Below, piece after piece: positions 44,601 to 45,612 of a stretch of 45,612 nucleotides of DNA. The translations under genes were made by a program, and so were the position numbers. Below the pieces are notes generated by a model that saw nothing but the letters and a program-made list of their open reading frames with translations, was not told the DNA's origin and searched no databases. Origin of the DNA: Candidatus Aenigmatarchaeota archaeon (GTDB lineage: Archaea > Aenigmatarchaeota > Aenigmatarchaeia > CG10238-14 > SCSR01); assembly GCA_038998625.1 (NCBI GenBank), contig JAWADS010000003.1, positions 1 to 45,612 of the forward strand, given 5' to 3'. Within the stretch, counting starts at the first letter, position 1. Each line of letters begins with the position of its first letter.

Positions 44601-45131
44601 ATGATATCACTGAAAGAAAGAAATTTTAACATAAGGAATTTAAACTATATAGAAAATTTTGATGAAGATGATGAGCTTATCCTTTATATTTCTCCAGAAG
44701 TACTTCCAGCTTCTCAGGTTTTAAAAAGATCAGAAATAGTTTTAAAAGATAGTAAAATTGAAGACAACATATATGTTTATGATCATTTCTATTTTTTTGA
44801 AATTGTTTCGAAAATTTTTGAGTCAGAGTTTCCAGACAAAAAACTTAATTTAATTATAAAGTTTGAGTTTCCATTTAGTTTTGTTTATTCTTTTGGAAAC
44901 AATGATTTAGAAAAAATTATGATCAAACTTTCAAAGATACATAGAAATTTTTATGTTAAATATGATGACGATAAAAAAGAATTTGACTTAAAAAAATTAA
45001 TTGATTCGTATTTCAAGAAATTAACTGTAAAAAAATTCGTCTATAGAGTTCTGTCGAGAATAAATTATACAACTTCTATAATCGATGCTTATAATTTGTA
45101 TAGGAAAGATAAGATTTTATATATACTTTAA
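44601..45131 (+). CDS. Hypothetical protein (very AT-rich)
   Basis: 176-aa ORF with a TTTAAA box about 25 nt upstream. No recognised motif. Confidence 0.65.
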   Translation: MISLKERNFNIRNLNYIENFDEDDELILYISPEVLPASQVLKRSEIVLKDSKIEDNIYVYDHFYFFEIVSKIFESEFPDKKLNLIIKFEFPFSFVYSFGNNDLEKIMIKLSKIHRNFYVKYDDDKKEFDLKKLIDSYFKKLTVKKFVYRVLSRINYTTSIIDAYNLYRKDKILYIL

Positions 45132-45151
45132 TTAAAATCAAAAAAATTTAA

Positions 45152-45612
45152 TTAAACTTTTTCTATCTCTCTTCTTATCCATTCAGCCTCTTCTTCTGTC
45201 AACTCTCTCTCAATATCCTTTTGAACTTCTTCCTCAATTTTTGTTTCACTTCCTTCTTTTTTCAAATGATTTTTAATTTTTTCTGCGATTTCCTGCATTT
45301 CTTCCTTTTTTAATTCTTTTACTTTTTCAAAACTTGGTAGTTCAGCATGACCATCATTTTCAAATCTTGGAATCACATGAATATGGGCATGAAGCACGCC
45401 TAAACCAGCAGTAATGAAATGTACCATTTTTGAATTAAGGGATTTCATGATAGCTAAAGCAACTTTTCTTGCAACTTCAAAATATTCACCAAAATTTGGA
45501 ACTTCCCATGTCCATTGAAAATGTTTTTTAGGAATTATTAATGTATGCCCTGGATTCATTGGTCTGATATCAAGAAAGGCCATAAAATTATCATCTTCAT
45601 AAACAATGTAAG
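45152..45612 (-). CDS. HIT family hydrolase (5' truncated by window edge)
   Basis: VYEDDNFMAFLDIRPMNPGHTLIIPKKH and the histidine triad HAHIHVIPR. Confidence 0.95.
   Translation of the reverse strand, partial: YIVYEDDNFMAFLDIRPMNPGHTLIIPKKHFQWTWEVPNFGEYFEVARKVALAIMKSLNSKMVHFITAGLGVLHAHIHVIPRFENDGHAELPSFEKVKELKKEEMQEIAEKIKNHLKKEGSETKIEEEVQKDIERELTEEEAEWIRREIEKV

Overview
AT-rich archaeal chromosomal segment. Archaeal origin rests on TFB, GatDE, Cbf5, eL14/eL19/eL32 and an intron-containing tRNA. The compact gene layout and gene content suggest a DPANN-type lineage such as Aenigmarchaeota, which is my inference. Housekeeping content: tfb (partial), ychF, gatD/gatE, speD, UDG, an Lhr helicase carrying a 505-aa intein, SSB, cbf5, the S8-to-secY half of the spc ribosomal cluster with several insertions, tRNA-Ser(TGA, intron) and tRNA-Gly(TCC). 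No CRISPR array, transposase or integrase is visible. Unexplained structure: (1) five copies of a 47-bp palindrome that looks like two back-to-back TATA boxes around an ACCAC-N5-GTGGT core; two copies are coupled to an 85-bp GC-rich, pseudoknot-capable element duplicated at 82/85 identity. (2) A 7.7-kb locus built from paralogue pairs (two nucleotidyltransferase-HEPN proteins, two unannotated 2-TM microproteins, two DDCL-x-P proteins) around an EndoIV-like TIM-barrel protein with a coiled-coil insert. (3) A putative TasA-like surface-fibre operon preceded by five 11-bp phased repeats and a Phe-rich leader ORF. (4) An unannotated Sm-like microprotein between lhr and its metallophosphoesterase. 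All family assignments come from motif recognition by eye; no database search was run.
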